Positions 28,435 through 39,714 of a stretch of 64,000 nt of DNA are shown here, in pieces. Source of the DNA: Candidatus Fraserbacteria bacterium (GTDB taxonomy: Bacteria; Bipolaricaulota; Bipolaricaulia; RBG-16-55-9; DRXL01); the NCBI GenBank assembly GCA_947085185.1, contig CAMTVK010000007.1, positions 64,001-128,000 of the forward strand, written 5' to 3'. Positions within the stretch are counted from its first letter, which is position 1. Each line of letters opens with the position of its first letter. Under the pieces are notes generated by a model. The model worked only from the letters and a program-made list of their open reading frames with translations, was not told where the DNA came from and searched no databases. Made by a program: the position numbers and the translations under genes.

Positions 28435-28842
28435 ATGGAACGCGCGTTCGTCATGCTCAAACCCGATGCTGTCCGACGCCGACTGATCGGCGAAATTATT
28501 AAGCGCATCGAAGCGAAAAATCTCACCATCACGGCGATGAAGATGATACGTATAGACAGAGCACTTGCGGAAACCCACTACGGCGAACATCGGGAAAAAC
28601 CGTTCTTCAAAGAGCTTGTAGACTTTGTGACCAGCGGGCCTGCCGTCGCCATGATCGTCGAAGGCCCCCATGCGATCAGCGTGATGCGCACCCTGATGGG
28701 GGCGACCAACCCGTTCACGGCTGCGCCTGGGACGATTCGCGGGGATTTTGGGCTCGATCTGACGCAAAATCTCATCCATGGCTCCGACTCCCCCCAGTCG
28801 GCCCAGCGCGAGCTCGCCCTGTTCTTCCCGGAAGAGACCTAA
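28435..28842 (+). CDS. ndk: Nucleoside diphosphate kinase
   Basis: MLKPDAV, HYGEHREKPFF, GATNP, PGTIRGDF, NLIHGSDS. Confidence 0.98.
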   Translation: MERAFVMLKPDAVRRRLIGEIIKRIEAKNLTITAMKMIRIDRALAETHYGEHREKPFFKELVDFVTSGPAVAMIVEGPHAISVMRTLMGATNPFTAAPGTIRGDFGLDLTQNLIHGSDSPQSAQRELALFFPEET

Positions 28843-28861
28843 TCACCAGAGCAAGCGCCAT

Positions 28862-28890
28862 TTGCACGGTCCTGGACTTTCTGCTATACT
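28862..28890 (+). promoter_or_regulatory. sigma70-type promoter upstream of the zinc-ribbon gene and rpoC
   Basis: TTGCAC-N17-TATACT. Confidence 0.5.
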
Positions 28891-28979
28891 TGTCGGACCG
28901 ATGGCGGTTTGTGGGTTGGACTCCGTGAGAACTCTCTCTCTTCCAGAACTTTGTGCATGAACTCCATGGGGGGATGCGT

Positions 28980-29213
28980 ATGCCGTTGTATCGCTATCTC
29001 TGTGAGACGTGCGGACATAGCTTTAGCGTGCTCGACTCATTCGAGAGCCCCGACCAGCGCGATTGCGAGGAGTGCGGCGCCTCACGAGCCCGCCGTCTCC
29101 CCTCGCGCGTCGGCATCCAATACAAGGGCACAGGGTTTTACACGACCACCTATAGACGGAAAGGCTCGGAATCCAAAGACGCAGCCCAAACGGCCAACCG
29201 AACAGACACCTAG
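28980..29213 (+). CDS. FmdB-family zinc-ribbon protein
   Basis: MPLYRYLCETCGH...CEECG...GIQYKGTGFYTTTY. Confidence 0.88.
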   Translation: MPLYRYLCETCGHSFSVLDSFESPDQRDCEECGASRARRLPSRVGIQYKGTGFYTTTYRRKGSESKDAAQTANRTDT

Positions 29214-29234
29214 CAGCGCGAAGGGGGAGCAGAC

Positions 29235-32200
29235 GTGATCAGCGGGGACGACATCGCCAAACTGCGTATTGGTTTGGCCTCACCTGAGGAGATCAAGAGC
29301 TGGTCTCGCGGGGAGGTCACCGAATCCGAGACGATCAATTACAGGACGCATAAGGCCGAGCGCGGCGGCCTCTTCGCCGAGGAGATCTTCGGCCCGGAGA
29401 ACGACTACGAGTGCGCCTGCGGAAAGTACCGTGGGCGCAAGCACGAAGGGATCACATGCGAAAAGTGCGGGGTGCTCGTCACAAGCTCCGACGTGCGCCG
29501 CTCCAATATGGCCCACGTGGAGCTCGCCAGCCCCGTCGTCCATTTTTGGTATCTGAAGGGGATCTCCTCGCCCTTGAGCACCTTGCTGGGCATCAAGCGC
29601 GCGACCCTCAAAAAGATCGCGTATTACGAAACAACCCCCATCGAAGAAGAGATGTACATCGTCACCCAGTCGGGCTCTGGGGATTTCTCCAAGGGCGACA
29701 TCGTCTACGGGACGCAGTTGCATATCTTGGGGGAGAAGAAGAAATTCACGGCAGAGCGCCTGTACGCCCTCGAGAGCGACTTTACGATCTCCGCTGAGGG
29801 CGACGGGAAGGTCTCGTTTGAGAAGATCAAGCTCGAAAACGGCGAGGAGCTGAAGCTCATCAAGCTCGCCAATGCCACGAAAGCCTTCCCTGTGCCGCTC
29901 AACGCGGAGATGCTTGTGCAGTCCGGCGAGAAAGCCCAGGTCGGCCAGCCCCTGGCACGCCTGCTCAAAGAAGAGTATCTCAGCGAGACGACTTTTAACT
30001 TCCTCAAGAGCGTCTACCCCGACCTCAAGGGCAAAAAAGTCATAGAAACCGTGGACAGCTTGATCTACCTCGTCACGAGCGTCAAGAGCCCCCACGTGCC
30101 TCTCAAAGTTGGGGATCGCCTCTGGGAGCTCGAAAAGAGCGCTTATGAGAAGCTCTACCCGGGGCAGTTTGAAGCCGAGACTGGGGCTGCAGGGATCAAG
30201 GGCGTCTTAGCGAACTTAGACTTAGCTGCTCTGGAAGCTGAACTCCATGCGATGATCGCGCAAGAGCCCACCGAGGGCAAGCGCAAACGCCTCCTCAAGC
30301 GCCTCGAGATCGTCCAGCAAGTGCGCCGCAGCGGCAACCACCCCCAAAATATGGTGCTCAGTGTTATCCCAATCTTGCCCCCGGAGCTGCGCCCCATCGT
30401 CCAATTAGAGGGCGGCAAGTTCGCCACCACCGATCTCAACGACCTCTACCGACGGATCATCAACAGAAATAACAGGCTGAAAAAGCTCTTAGAGATGGGC
30501 GCTCCCGAAGTGATCTTGCGCAACGAGCGCAGAATGCTCCAAGAGGCCGTGGACGCACTCATCCACAACGAGAAGAAAGACAACCCCATCTTAGGACGAG
30601 ACAATCGCCCCTTAAAATCTTTGAGCGAACGCATCCAGGGCAAGCACGGGCGACTGCGAAGAAATCTCCTTGGCAAGAGAGTTGACTACTCTGGCCGCGC
30701 GGTCATCGTCGTCAACCCCAAGCTCAAACTTCATCAGTGTGGCCTGCCCAAGAAGATGGCCTTAGAGCTTTTTAAGCCCTTTATCCTCTCACGCCTGGGC
30801 GTGACGGCCATCTCAAACTTTGACGACGTCAAGAACAAAGCGCTCTCCGGAGAGATGCCCGAGGTCTGGGATATCCTCGAGCAGCTCGTCAAAGAGCACC
30901 CGGTCCTGCTCAATCGCGCTCCCACCCTGCACCGCCTGGGCATCCAAGGGTTCGAGCCGGTCTTGGTCGACGGGGAGTCCATTCAGATTCACCCGTTTGT
31001 CTGCCGCCCCTACAACGCTGACTTCGACGGCGACATGATGGCCGTGCATCTGCCCCTCAGCAAAGAAGCGATCCAAGAGACGCGCGAGATCATGCTCTCG
31101 TCCAAGAATATCCTCTCCCCGGCCAACGGCAAGCCCCTCAGCATCCCCACCCAGGACGCGATCTTCGCCTATTACTATCTGTCCATACTCGATCCAAACG
31201 GCTTGGGCAAGGGCAAGTATTTTGCCAATCTTGCCGAAGCCCAGCGCGCCTACGAAGAGAAACTCATCTCGCTCCATGCCCCCATCAAAATTCGCATAGA
31301 CGGCAAGCTCATAGACACAACCCTTGGACGCGCCCTGCTCAATACGGCCTTCCCCCCGGATCTGCGCGACTACGGAAAAACTTTCGATTCCGATGCCATC
31401 AATGCGCTCATCATGGAATGCTATTTCAAGCACGGCTTAGAGCGCACCGTGCAGCTCCTCGATGACCTCAAAGACTTAGGGTTCTCGTTTGCGACCAGAT
31501 CGGGATTGACCATCTCTGTGCGCGACTGCTTAATTCCCCCTGAAAAAGAAGCGATTCTCGCCGAAGCGCGGCAGCGCGTCGCCAAGATCAACGAGCGCTA
31601 CGAGCGCGGTCTCGTCACCGACGAAGAGCGCAAGACCAAGATCATAGAAGTCTGGATGGAAACCGTGGACAAGATCGCCGACGCCACCATGAAGAACCTC
31701 GCCCAGCACCCATTCAACCCGATCTATATGATCGTGGAGTCTGGGGCGCGCGGCAGCGCCACCCAAGTGAAGCAGCTCTCCGGGATGCGCGGCCCCATGA
31801 GCGACCCCTCCGGACGCATCATCGAGATGCCGGTCATCTCCAACTTCCGTGAAGGGCTGAACGTCATCGAGTACTTCATCAGCACGCACGGCGGACGCAA
31901 GGGCACCGCCGACACGGCCTTGAAGACTGCCGACTCAGGATATCTGACCCGACGCTTAGTGGACGCCACAGAAGAGCTGATCGTGAAGGCTGAAGATTGT
32001 GGGACGACCGAGGGCATCGAGATAGACCCGCTCTATTATACCAAACCTCACGAGGTCATGGAGACTATCGAGGAACGCATCTACGGGCGTGTGCTGGCCC
32101 AAGATCTCGTCTTTCTGGGCCAGACCCTGATGAAGCGCGGTGAGGTCTTCGATCGTGAGAAAGCCCAGCGCATCGGAGGGCTCCAAGCCGAACTCTCCAC

Positions 32201-34187
32201 CAGCGATCGCGCGTTCTACGAGCAGGTAGTGGGCACCAAGGCCGCCCAAGATATTCGCGATCCCAAGACCAACCACGTGGTCGTCTCCCAAGACGAGACC
32301 ATCACGCGGGCACTAGCAGAGAAACTGCGCGCCCTCAAGATCGAGACGATCCGCGTGCGCCCTACGATCGTCGTCCGGTCACCCATGCGCTGCACCGTCC
32401 GACGCGGCGTCTGTCAACAGTGCTACGGCTACGATCTGAGCACCCATAAGTTAGTCGAGCTTGGTACGGCCGTGGGCGTCATCGCCGCGCAGTCTATTGG
32501 CGAGCCCGGCACCCAATTAACCATGAAGACCTTCCACACCGGGGGCGTAGCAGGCATAGATATCACCCAGGGTCTGCCTCGTGCAGAGGAGCTCTTTGAG
32601 GCGCGCAAGGCCGTGCGAAGCTCCCAGAGCGAGATCGCACCGATCAGCGGTGTCGTGACACACCTCACCCAGTCCCCACAGACCGGACGACCGATGGTCA
32701 CCTTGCACGGCGACGAGAGGCGCATCCGACTGCCCAAAACGCTCTGCGCCTCCCCAGGACAGGGCCCAGCCATACAGCTAGGCCAGCTGCTCCAGAGCCA
32801 CAGCCCCCGCAGCGGCACAGTGCGGATCATCGAAACGGAAAAGCTCCGCAAGCTCTATATTCTCGAGGAGCACGATACTCTCTACACCGTGCCGGAGGGC
32901 GTCAAGCCCCTCGTGAGCCACGGCCAGAAAGTCCCTGCAGAGACGCTGCTCGCCGAGCCGTTCCATGAAGAGCCTCTGATCTCGACCGTGGACGGCGTCG
33001 TCGAGGAGGTCATAGAGAACGAGGAACGCGCCATCATCATCAAAGAGAAGGAGACCGGCAACCGCGTGCGCTACAAGATCCCCTACGGGGCACGCCGCTC
33101 CGTCAACCCCGGTGACAAGGTCGTGCAAGGCGAAAAACTCTCCACGAGCTCCAAGCCCATCGAGCTGCGCGCGCGCACCGCAGGCTACGCCATCGTCACC
33201 AAGAACCAGATTATCGTCTATCAGCCCGCCGAGGGCAAGGAGTTCACGCTCACCGAGGACGTCACCGTCTTAAAGGCCGACGGAGACTGGGTCGAAGCTG
33301 GAGAGCCGCTCTTCGCGCTCACCCTGCCCAGCGATGAGCTTGTGCACATTGACTCTATCAGATCTATAGACGACGAGCTCGTCGAGATCGCTTATCACCA
33401 AGAGACAACAGTCGAGCTGACCAACCCCCCAACGGTGCGCGTCGGCGATAAAGTACAAAAGGGCGAACTCCTCTCCAAAGGGGTGATCTCGCCCCATCGA
33501 TTGCTGAGCATCGCTGGGGTGGACAAAACGAGAACATATCTGCTTGAAGAGATCCACAAAGTCTACAAGAGCCAGGGCGTGGATATCAACGACAAGCATA
33601 TCGAGCTGGTCATTCGGCAGATGCTCAACAACGTGCGCATCATTGACCCAGGAGATTCGCAATTCTTGCCCAACGAGCTGGTCCTGCTAGAAGAGTTCCA
33701 AGCGGAGAACAAGCGTCTGCTTGAGGAGAATCGTCAGATTCGTCTCCAGCGCGAGCAGATCATCGGCCTGACGGTGGCTGCGCCGATTACCGATAAGACG
33801 GGAGCGGTCATCGCGGCGAAGGGCAGCACGGTGACGAGCGAGCTGCTCCGTGCGGCGCTGCGCGCCGGGGTGACGGAGATCGTGCTGGAGCGTGGCAAGG
33901 AGAAGGTGACACAGCGCATCGCGGAAAAGCGCCTGCCCAACGGCGAGCGCGTGCTGTTGCGCATCTCCAAAGCAGCCCTGGAGACCAAGTCGTGGCTCTC
34001 GGCCGCGTCGTTCCAGAGGACCACGACTGTGCTGGCCGAAGCGGCGCTCAAGGGCGCTGTGGACCGCTTAGAGAGTCTCAAGCCCGCCGTGATCGTGAGC
34101 AAGAGAATCCCTGCGGGGACGGGCTTCAAACGTCCGGCGCCTCAGCCAACGGCTATGCCCGCCCCTGAAGCGCAGCAGACTGCATGA
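29235..34187 (+). CDS. rpoC: RNA polymerase beta-prime subunit with large lineage-specific insertions
   Basis: CACGKY...CEKCG Zn finger, [63 protein letters not shown]. Confidence 0.98.
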   Translation: MISGDDIAKLRIGLASPEEIKSWSRGEVTESETINYRTHKAERGGLFAEEIFGPENDYECACGKYRGRKHEGITCEKCGVLVTSSDVRRSNMAHVELASPVVHFWYLKGISSPLSTLLGIKRATLKKIAYYETTPIEEEMYIVTQSGSGDFSKGDIVYGTQLHILGEKKKFTAERLYALESDFTISAEGDGKVSFEKIKLENGEELKLIKLANATKAFPVPLNAEMLVQSGEKAQVGQPLARLLKEEYLSETTFNFLKSVYPDLKGKKVIETVDSLIYLVTSVKSPHVPLKVGDRLWELEKSAYEKLYPGQFEAETGAAGIKGVLANLDLAALEAELHAMIAQEPTEGKRKRLLKRLEIVQQVRRSGNHPQNMVLSVIPILPPELRPIVQLEGGKFATTDLNDLYRRIINRNNRLKKLLEMGAPEVILRNERRMLQEAVDALIHNEKKDNPILGRDNRPLKSLSERIQGKHGRLRRNLLGKRVDYSGRAVIVVNPKLKLHQCGLPKKMALELFKPFILSRLGVTAISNFDDVKNKALSGEMPEVWDILEQLVKEHPVLLNRAPTLHRLGIQGFEPVLVDGESIQIHPFVCRPYNADFDGDMMAVHLPLSKEAIQETREIMLSSKNILSPANGKPLSIPTQDAIFAYYYLSILDPNGLGKGKYFANLAEAQRAYEEKLISLHAPIKIRIDGKLIDTTLGRALLNTAFPPDLRDYGKTFDSDAINALIMECYFKHGLERTVQLLDDLKDLGFSFATRSGLTISVRDCLIPPEKEAILAEARQRVAKINERYERGLVTDEERKTKIIEVWMETVDKIADATMKNLAQHPFNPIYMIVESGARGSATQVKQLSGMRGPMSDPSGRIIEMPVISNFREGLNVIEYFISTHGGRKGTADTALKTADSGYLTRRLVDATEELIVKAEDCGTTEGIEIDPLYYTKPHEVMETIEERIYGRVLAQDLVFLGQTLMKRGEVFDREKAQRIGGLQAELSTSDRAFYEQVVGTKAAQDIRDPKTNHVVVSQDETITRALAEKLRALKIETIRVRPTIVVRSPMRCTVRRGVCQQCYGYDLSTHKLVELGTAVGVIAAQSIGEPGTQLTMKTFHTGGVAGIDITQGLPRAEELFEARKAVRSSQSEIAPISGVVTHLTQSPQTGRPMVTLHGDERRIRLPKTLCASPGQGPAIQLGQLLQSHSPRSGTVRIIETEKLRKLYILEEHDTLYTVPEGVKPLVSHGQKVPAETLLAEPFHEEPLISTVDGVVEEVIENEERAIIIKEKETGNRVRYKIPYGARRSVNPGDKVVQGEKLSTSSKPIELRARTAGYAIVTKNQIIVYQPAEGKEFTLTEDVTVLKADGDWVEAGEPLFALTLPSDELVHIDSIRSIDDELVEIAYHQETTVELTNPPTVRVGDKVQKGELLSKGVISPHRLLSIAGVDKTRTYLLEEIHKVYKSQGVDINDKHIELVIRQMLNNVRIIDPGDSQFLPNELVLLEEFQAENKRLLEENRQIRLQREQIIGLTVAAPITDKTGAVIAAKGSTVTSELLRAALRAGVTEIVLERGKEKVTQRIAEKRLPNGERVLLRISKAALETKSWLSAASFQRTTTVLAEAALKGAVDRLESLKPAVIVSKRIPAGTGFKRPAPQPTAMPAPEAQQTA

Positions 34188-34743
34188 GCGCCTCGAGCGC
34201 TCGACGCCTGTGGCTGATGCGATTCTTGACGGTGGGCCCAAGCTCCGCAAGCGTCTGCTCGTAGCCGTCCGGTATGAAGACCGGGTCATAGCCAAAGCCC
34301 GCGGTGCCTCGCGGAGCCGTCGCGATCCGCCCTTCAAGAACTCCTGCACCCATAAGCTCTTTCCCATCGGGCCAGACGAGCACCGCGACGCAGCGAAAGC
34401 GCGCCCGACGATCGGTGCTCCCTTTCAGTGCGTCGAGAAGTTTTTCGATGTTCGCCCGGTCGTCTCTGTGCGCGCCGGCAAAGCGCGCCGACTGCACCCC
34501 AGGTGCCCCACCGAGCGCATAGACCTCCAGCCCAGAATCCTCAGCGAGCACGGGCAAGCCCGTCTGAGCACAGATCTCGTGGGCCTTCTTGCGCGCGTTC
34601 TCCTCAAACGTCCGGCCGTCTTCGAGAACGTCCTCGAAAGGACACTCAGAGAACGTGAGCAGTTTCACATCTGAAACCCCAGCGAAGATCTCCTTGATCT
34701 CTCTGATCTTATTGGGGTTTTTTGTGCCGAGTACGAGGACCAT
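34153..34743 (-). CDS. rdgB: Non-canonical purine NTP pyrophosphatase (RdgB/HAM1)
   Basis: [40 protein letters not shown]. Confidence 0.95.
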   Translation of the reverse strand: MVLVLGTKNPNKIREIKEIFAGVSDVKLLTFSECPFEDVLEDGRTFEENARKKAHEICAQTGLPVLAEDSGLEVYALGGAPGVQSARFAGAHRDDRANIEKLLDALKGSTDRRARFRCVAVLVWPDGKELMGAGVLEGRIATAPRGTAGFGYDPVFIPDGYEQTLAELGPTVKNRISHRRRALEALMQSAALQGRA

Positions 34744-35778
34744 TCAGCGACGCTCGGCGATCTCGCCCACGCCCTTCAGCTGCAATGTCTTGGCGAAGTG
34801 ACAGCTCACGAAGTGCTCCCCACCGATGTCCACGAACGCCGGCTCTTGCTCCTTACAGACGGGCTGGGCGTAAGGGCAGCGGGGATGGAAGTAACACCCT
34901 GAGGGCGGGTTGACCGGGCTGGGCACGTCGCCTTTTAAGATAATTCTCTCTCGCTGATAATCCGGATCGGGCACCGGAACTGCTGACAGCAGGGCTTCGG
35001 TGTAAGGATGCTTGGGATTCTGAAAGAGCTCTTCGGTCTCGGCCATCTCTACGATCTTGCCCAAGTACATCACCGCGACGCGGTCGCTGATGTGGCGCAC
35101 CACCGAGAGATCGTGCGCGATGAACAGATACGTCAGCCCAAACTCTTTCTGCAGATCCTCCAACAGATTGAGCACTTGGGCTTGGATGGAGACATCCAGC
35201 GCTGAGACGGGCTCATCACAAACGATCAATTTGGGGCCGAGGGCTAAGGCGCGGGCGATCCCGATGCGCTGGCGCTGCCCCCCGGAGAACTCATGGGGGT
35301 AGCGCTTCATATACTGGGGGTTGAGCCCGACGGCTTCGAGGAGCTCTCTCACACGGGCTTCGCGCTCGGCAGGAGTGCCCACACGGTGGACGACCAACGG
35401 CTCCCCAATAATATCCCCAATAGTCATCCTGGGGTTGAGCGAGCTATAGGGGTCCTGAAAGATGATCTGCATCTGGCGCCGCAGGGGCTTGAGCGCACGA
35501 TTGGAGAGCTTCGCTATATCTACGGTGTGTCCGTTGGTGCGAAAGAGGATGCTCCCATCGGTGGGGTCAATCAAGCGGAGGATCGTGCGGCCAGCGGTGG
35601 TCTTGCCACAGCCGGACTCGCCTACCAGCCCCAACGTCTCCCCTTGGCGGATGAAAAAGCTCACGCCGTCCACGGCCTTCACGTGCGCCACAACCCTGCG
35701 GAAGACCCCGCGCCGCACGGGAAAGTACTTCTTCAGGTTGCGTACTTCGAGCAAGATCTCGTTCTGTGTCGTTGCCAT
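34744..35778 (-). CDS. oppF: Oligopeptide/dipeptide ABC ATPase (OppF/DppF)
   Basis: [43 protein letters not shown]. Confidence 0.9.
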   Translation of the reverse strand: MATTQNEILLEVRNLKKYFPVRRGVFRRVVAHVKAVDGVSFFIRQGETLGLVGESGCGKTTAGRTILRLIDPTDGSILFRTNGHTVDIAKLSNRALKPLRRQMQIIFQDPYSSLNPRMTIGDIIGEPLVVHRVGTPAEREARVRELLEAVGLNPQYMKRYPHEFSGGQRQRIGIARALALGPKLIVCDEPVSALDVSIQAQVLNLLEDLQKEFGLTYLFIAHDLSVVRHISDRVAVMYLGKIVEMAETEELFQNPKHPYTEALLSAVPVPDPDYQRERIILKGDVPSPVNPPSGCYFHPRCPYAQPVCKEQEPAFVDIGGEHFVSCHFAKTLQLKGVGEIAERR

Positions 35779-35785
35779 AGTCACC

Positions 35786-36781
35786 TCAGAAGCGGGCCCA
35801 ACACGCGACCTTGTGCTGCGCTTTGACCTCTTTGAGCTCGGGCATCTGTGTCCGACAGATATCCATCGCTTCGGGGCAGCGCGGCTCAAACGGACACCCC
35901 TTGGGCAGATTGTACGGGTCTGGTACCATCCCTTTGATGGGCTTGAGCCGCTCCTTCTTGCGCGTGAGCGCCGGGATAGACTCCATCAGCCCGATCGTGT
36001 ACGGGTGCAACGGATCGTGATAGATCTCCCGAACGGGAGCCTCTTCGACCACCTTGCCCATATACATAATCACCACGTCATCGGCCATCTCTGCGATCAC
36101 CCCTAAATTATGGGTGATCATCATCAGGGCCATGTGGAACTCACTCTGGAGCTTTCTTATGAGATCTAAGATCTGTGCTTGGATGGTCACATCGAGGGCC
36201 GTCGTGGGCTCGTCGGCGATCAAGAGATGGGGGTTGCAACTGAGCGCCATGGCGATCATCGCTCGCTGTCTCATCCCCCCTGAGAGCTGATGGGGGTATT
36301 CGTCAACGCGTTGCTCTGGGGAGGGGATGCCCACGGCCTTGAGCATCTCGATAGCGCGCGCGCGTGCCTCGCGCTTGCCCACCTTCTGGTGGAGCATGAT
36401 CGCTTCCATGATCTGATTGCCAATCGTATAGACGGGGTTGAGCGAGGTCATGGGCTCTTGAAAGATCATGGCGATCTCGTTGCCGCGGATCTCGCGATAC
36501 TGCTTGCCCTTGGGGTCCAATTTTGTTAATTCGAGCTGTTGGCCATTGCGATAGTAGACGATTGAGCCCGAAAGAATCTTGCCTGGCGGCATGGGGACAA
36601 GCCCCATAATCGAGAGGGCTGTGACCGATTTTCCGCAGCCGGACTCGCCTACTACTCCGAGGGTCTTCTGCCTCTCGATGGAGAAGCTGACTCCGTCCAC
36701 AGCCTTGACGACCCCGTCTTCGGTGTAAAAATACGTCTTGAGGTCGCGCAGCTCGATGAGCTTTTTAGTAGTGATCGCCAT
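35786..36781 (-). CDS. oppD: Oligopeptide/dipeptide ABC ATPase (OppD/DppD)
   Basis: [41 protein letters not shown]. Confidence 0.9.
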   Translation of the reverse strand: MAITTKKLIELRDLKTYFYTEDGVVKAVDGVSFSIERQKTLGVVGESGCGKSVTALSIMGLVPMPPGKILSGSIVYYRNGQQLELTKLDPKGKQYREIRGNEIAMIFQEPMTSLNPVYTIGNQIMEAIMLHQKVGKREARARAIEMLKAVGIPSPEQRVDEYPHQLSGGMRQRAMIAMALSCNPHLLIADEPTTALDVTIQAQILDLIRKLQSEFHMALMMITHNLGVIAEMADDVVIMYMGKVVEEAPVREIYHDPLHPYTIGLMESIPALTRKKERLKPIKGMVPDPYNLPKGCPFEPRCPEAMDICRTQMPELKEVKAQHKVACWARF

Positions 36782-36787
36782 AGAGTC

Positions 36788-37039
36788 TCACGGGCGAGAT
36801 GCAAAATACGTGAGCACGAACGCGAGCCCTATGAACGCCGCGGCGAGCCACGCCGTGGCGGTGCGCTTGGGATCGGCCTCTTCTTCGCGACCGAAGACCG
36901 TCGAGGTCGCGCCAGCCCCAAAGGCCCCTCCCAACCCCGCGTGCTTGCTCATCTGCAAGAGAATGATCCCGATCAACGCAACGCTCACCAAGACGAATAC
37001 CACCTTGAGAGGGATCTCCAACGCTCTGAGTATCTCCAT
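36788..37039 (-). CDS. secG: Preprotein translocase subunit SecG
   Basis: Two TM helices around IILLQ..K.AGLGGAFGAG..STVFG. Confidence 0.88.
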   Translation of the reverse strand: MEILRALEIPLKVVFVLVSVALIGIILLQMSKHAGLGGAFGAGATSTVFGREEEADPKRTATAWLAAAFIGLAFVLTYFASRP

Positions 37040-37102
37040 AAGTCTCCGTGATCACCTTCACTGTTGGTTGTGGAGAGATTGTATCATGATTTGGGAAATT
37101 CT

Positions 37103-37753
37103 TCAACCGAAACGCTCTCCAAATAGCGTCGTCACCCAGGAGATGACGGGCATGAGCAGATGCTGGAGCACGCCCACATAGAGCAAGAAAAAGATGATCA
37201 CAAAGCCGAAGGGCTCCAGCATCAGAAAGAGGCGCTTGCCCCCTTCAGGGAGCAGATAGAGCAAGACCCGCGAGCCGTCCAACGGCGGCACAGGGATGAG
37301 ATTAAACACGGCCAAGATCAGATTGATCGCGACGAAATAGAACACAAAGAACGAGAGCAGCTCTGGGAAGCTCGCGCCCAGCCCATACCACACTCCCAAG
37401 CCCGCCCCAGCCAAAAGCACATTGGCTATCGGCCCAGCGAGGGCTACCACCATCATCCCTTGATAGGGATGACGAAAATAGACGGGATTGACAGGGACGG
37501 GCTTGGCATAGCCTAAGATCGGGATATTCATCCCGAGGAGAAATCGTAAGGCCGCTATCAGCAAGGGCAAGAGCACCGTGCCGAAGGGGTCAATATGAGC
37601 GAGGGGATTGAGCGTCAAGCGTCGGGCATCGCGCGCCGTGGGGTCGCCCAACGCATAGGCGACGCGCCCGTGCGCATACTCGTGAAAGACCACAGCAGCA
37701 AAGAACGCCACCAACGCCAGCGCTACCTCCACCATCGCTTCGAAAGACATCAC
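37103..37753 (-). CDS. Site-2 protease (M50)
   Basis: HEYAH, GDPTA, TLNPLAHIDPFGT, FNLIPVPPLDGSR. Confidence 0.93.
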   Translation of the reverse strand: MMSFEAMVEVALALVAFFAAVVFHEYAHGRVAYALGDPTARDARRLTLNPLAHIDPFGTVLLPLLIAALRFLLGMNIPILGYAKPVPVNPVYFRHPYQGMMVVALAGPIANVLLAGAGLGVWYGLGASFPELLSFFVFYFVAINLILAVFNLIPVPPLDGSRVLLYLLPEGGKRLFLMLEPFGFVIIFFLLYVGVLQHLLMPVISWVTTLFGERFG

Positions 37754-39405
37754 ACATCTCCTTTGGGAGCGACCATCAGCGTGCCCTCTTCTTGGGTCAT
37801 CAAGACGAGCCCTGGGCGCCCGGCCTTGCGTAAGTACTTCACACGAGTATAGCTCACCGGGACCTTCTTTGCATCCCGACCCTTAGAATAATACGCGGCA
37901 AGCTGCGCAGCTTGCTCTAAGACTTCTTGGGGGATTTCGCGCTGCGCGGGATTTTTGATAATCACGTGCGAGCCAGGACGATCCCGCGCATGGAGCCAAT
38001 AATCTTCGCGAGCGGCGCGACGGACCAGCTCGTCGTTCTGTCTGCTGGACCGCCCTACCCACACTCGATATCCCCTGATGACGAACTCGCGCGGGCCAAG
38101 CGCTTGAGCGTGAGCAAGCTCTTCCCTCGCGCGCGGCAGATACCCCGCAGCACGCAGCTCCTCACGAATCTCCCCAAGATCAGCATCGCTGGCCGCGTCC
38201 TCTAGAGACTGCGCGACGCCCTCAAGATATTCGATCTGTTGGCGTAGTTCTGCCACGCGCGCGGCGAGCTTCTCTTGGGCTCGCTTCAGCTTTTTATAGC
38301 GCTCGAACTTCTGCTGCGCGTTCTCTGCGGGGTCGAGAGCCGGATCGAGCTGTATAGTCTTTCTCGTCCCGTCGAGAAAATCTTCGAGTTCGATCTCGGT
38401 CATGCCCTTGCGCAGCTGCGACAGATGGGCCAAGAGCAGCTGGCCCTCGTGGCGAAGCCGCTCGCAGTCTTGAGATCTCCTCAAGTCTTGGGTGACGCGC
38501 TCCAGGGCGCGGCGCACCCTGACACAGTGTCCTCGCACGAGCTCGTGAAGCCGACGCTGTTCTTGAGCAAAGCTGCTTGGAGCAAGATATCTATCCAGAG
38601 CTTCCGAGAGAGTTGGGTAACGTTCGCAGCGGAGATGGGCATAGAGTTTCAAGGGGATGGGAGCGACATCGTAGGGCCTTTCGCCATCGAAGTACAGACA
38701 CGGGGAGAAGCTGACGCTCTCGAAGAGCTGGCGCGCAAGAGCCCAGAGGGCTGTACGCTGCTGCGCTGGGAGCGCTCGGGCGGGCTGAGTCGGATCGAGG
38801 GCTGCTCGCAGGGCGATCTCTTTGGCCAAGCGCGGTCCGATCCCGTCTACAGTCTGCAAAAGCGCGTGGGTGATGTCCTGACTTGAGAGCTCCAGTCGCT
38901 GAGAAAATTCTTGTTGGGGCATCGTCCGCGGGTCGAGCTTGCTTTGGGAGGGCGGAGCTTGATAGACTTCCCCAGGGCGAAACGATCGCTGCCCCACAGA
39001 AGATTTCAGAGCCCCTAGGATCATGTCGTTGCGCAATAAAATAATATTCGCGTGCTTTCCCAGGAGCTCCGTTCTCAGAATATACTCTTCGCCATGTCGG
39101 ATGTGCACGTCGAGGATGCGCTCCAGGCCCGGCTGGGAAACCCTGAAGATCATGCCGTTGTGCAGGTATTTTCGCAAGAGCATACAGAAGGCCGACGGCT
39201 GTTGGGGATGAGAAAACAGGTGGCGTGTGAGATGGACGCGCGCGTTCTCTCCAGCTTCGATGAGCAAGCGCTGCTCTTCGCCAACCCACAGCTCAAGGGT
39301 GAGGAGCTCGGGCTGGGGGTGAAAGATCTTTTGGATGCGGCTGCCGGGGAGCTGTTCGCCCAACTCGGCGGCAAGCGCGGCGACCGTCAGACCGTCTATA
39401 GTCAT
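37750..39405 (-). CDS. rqcH: NFACT / RqcH (FbpA-like) ribosome quality control protein
   Basis: MTIDGL, FCMLLRKYL, ELLGKHANIIL, ENAQ..F..YKK, VGRSSRQND, WLHARDRPGSHV, AAYYSK. Confidence 0.9.
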   Translation of the reverse strand: MTIDGLTVAALAAELGEQLPGSRIQKIFHPQPELLTLELWVGEEQRLLIEAGENARVHLTRHLFSHPQQPSAFCMLLRKYLHNGMIFRVSQPGLERILDVHIRHGEEYILRTELLGKHANIILLRNDMILGALKSSVGQRSFRPGEVYQAPPSQSKLDPRTMPQQEFSQRLELSSQDITHALLQTVDGIGPRLAKEIALRAALDPTQPARALPAQQRTALWALARQLFESVSFSPCLYFDGERPYDVAPIPLKLYAHLRCERYPTLSEALDRYLAPSSFAQEQRRLHELVRGHCVRVRRALERVTQDLRRSQDCERLRHEGQLLLAHLSQLRKGMTEIELEDFLDGTRKTIQLDPALDPAENAQQKFERYKKLKRAQEKLAARVAELRQQIEYLEGVAQSLEDAASDADLGEIREELRAAGYLPRAREELAHAQALGPREFVIRGYRVWVGRSSRQNDELVRRAAREDYWLHARDRPGSHVIIKNPAQREIPQEVLEQAAQLAAYYSKGRDAKKVPVSYTRVKYLRKAGRPGLVLMTQEEGTLMVAPKGDV

Positions 39406-39714
39406 AACTAAATTATAGCGAGCGCGAGGCTCCCTTGCAGCTGAGCCCCCAGAGCAAAATTATAAAAACTCTCATGGGAAGCTAAGAATCGAACAAAAAC
39501 CGAGCAAAACTGTCAGATGGTGGAGTCCATTTGTTACAATATAGCTGATGTAAAAATGTCCAGACTCAGCAAGAAAGGAGGGATATCGTCGGGGGAAGGC
39601 AGCGCATCAATGTTGGACGCGGTATCGTACTGGAAAGCCATAAACGAAGACCGGCTGGTATGCGCAGCCAGCCGAAAGTCAGTTTGATAATGCACAAAGG
39701 AGGTATCACAGGCT

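Noticed and set aside
39545..39700. c-di-AMP or c-di-GMP riboswitch
   Set aside because: Only superficial GGGGGAA/GAAA similarity; conserved cores not found by eye
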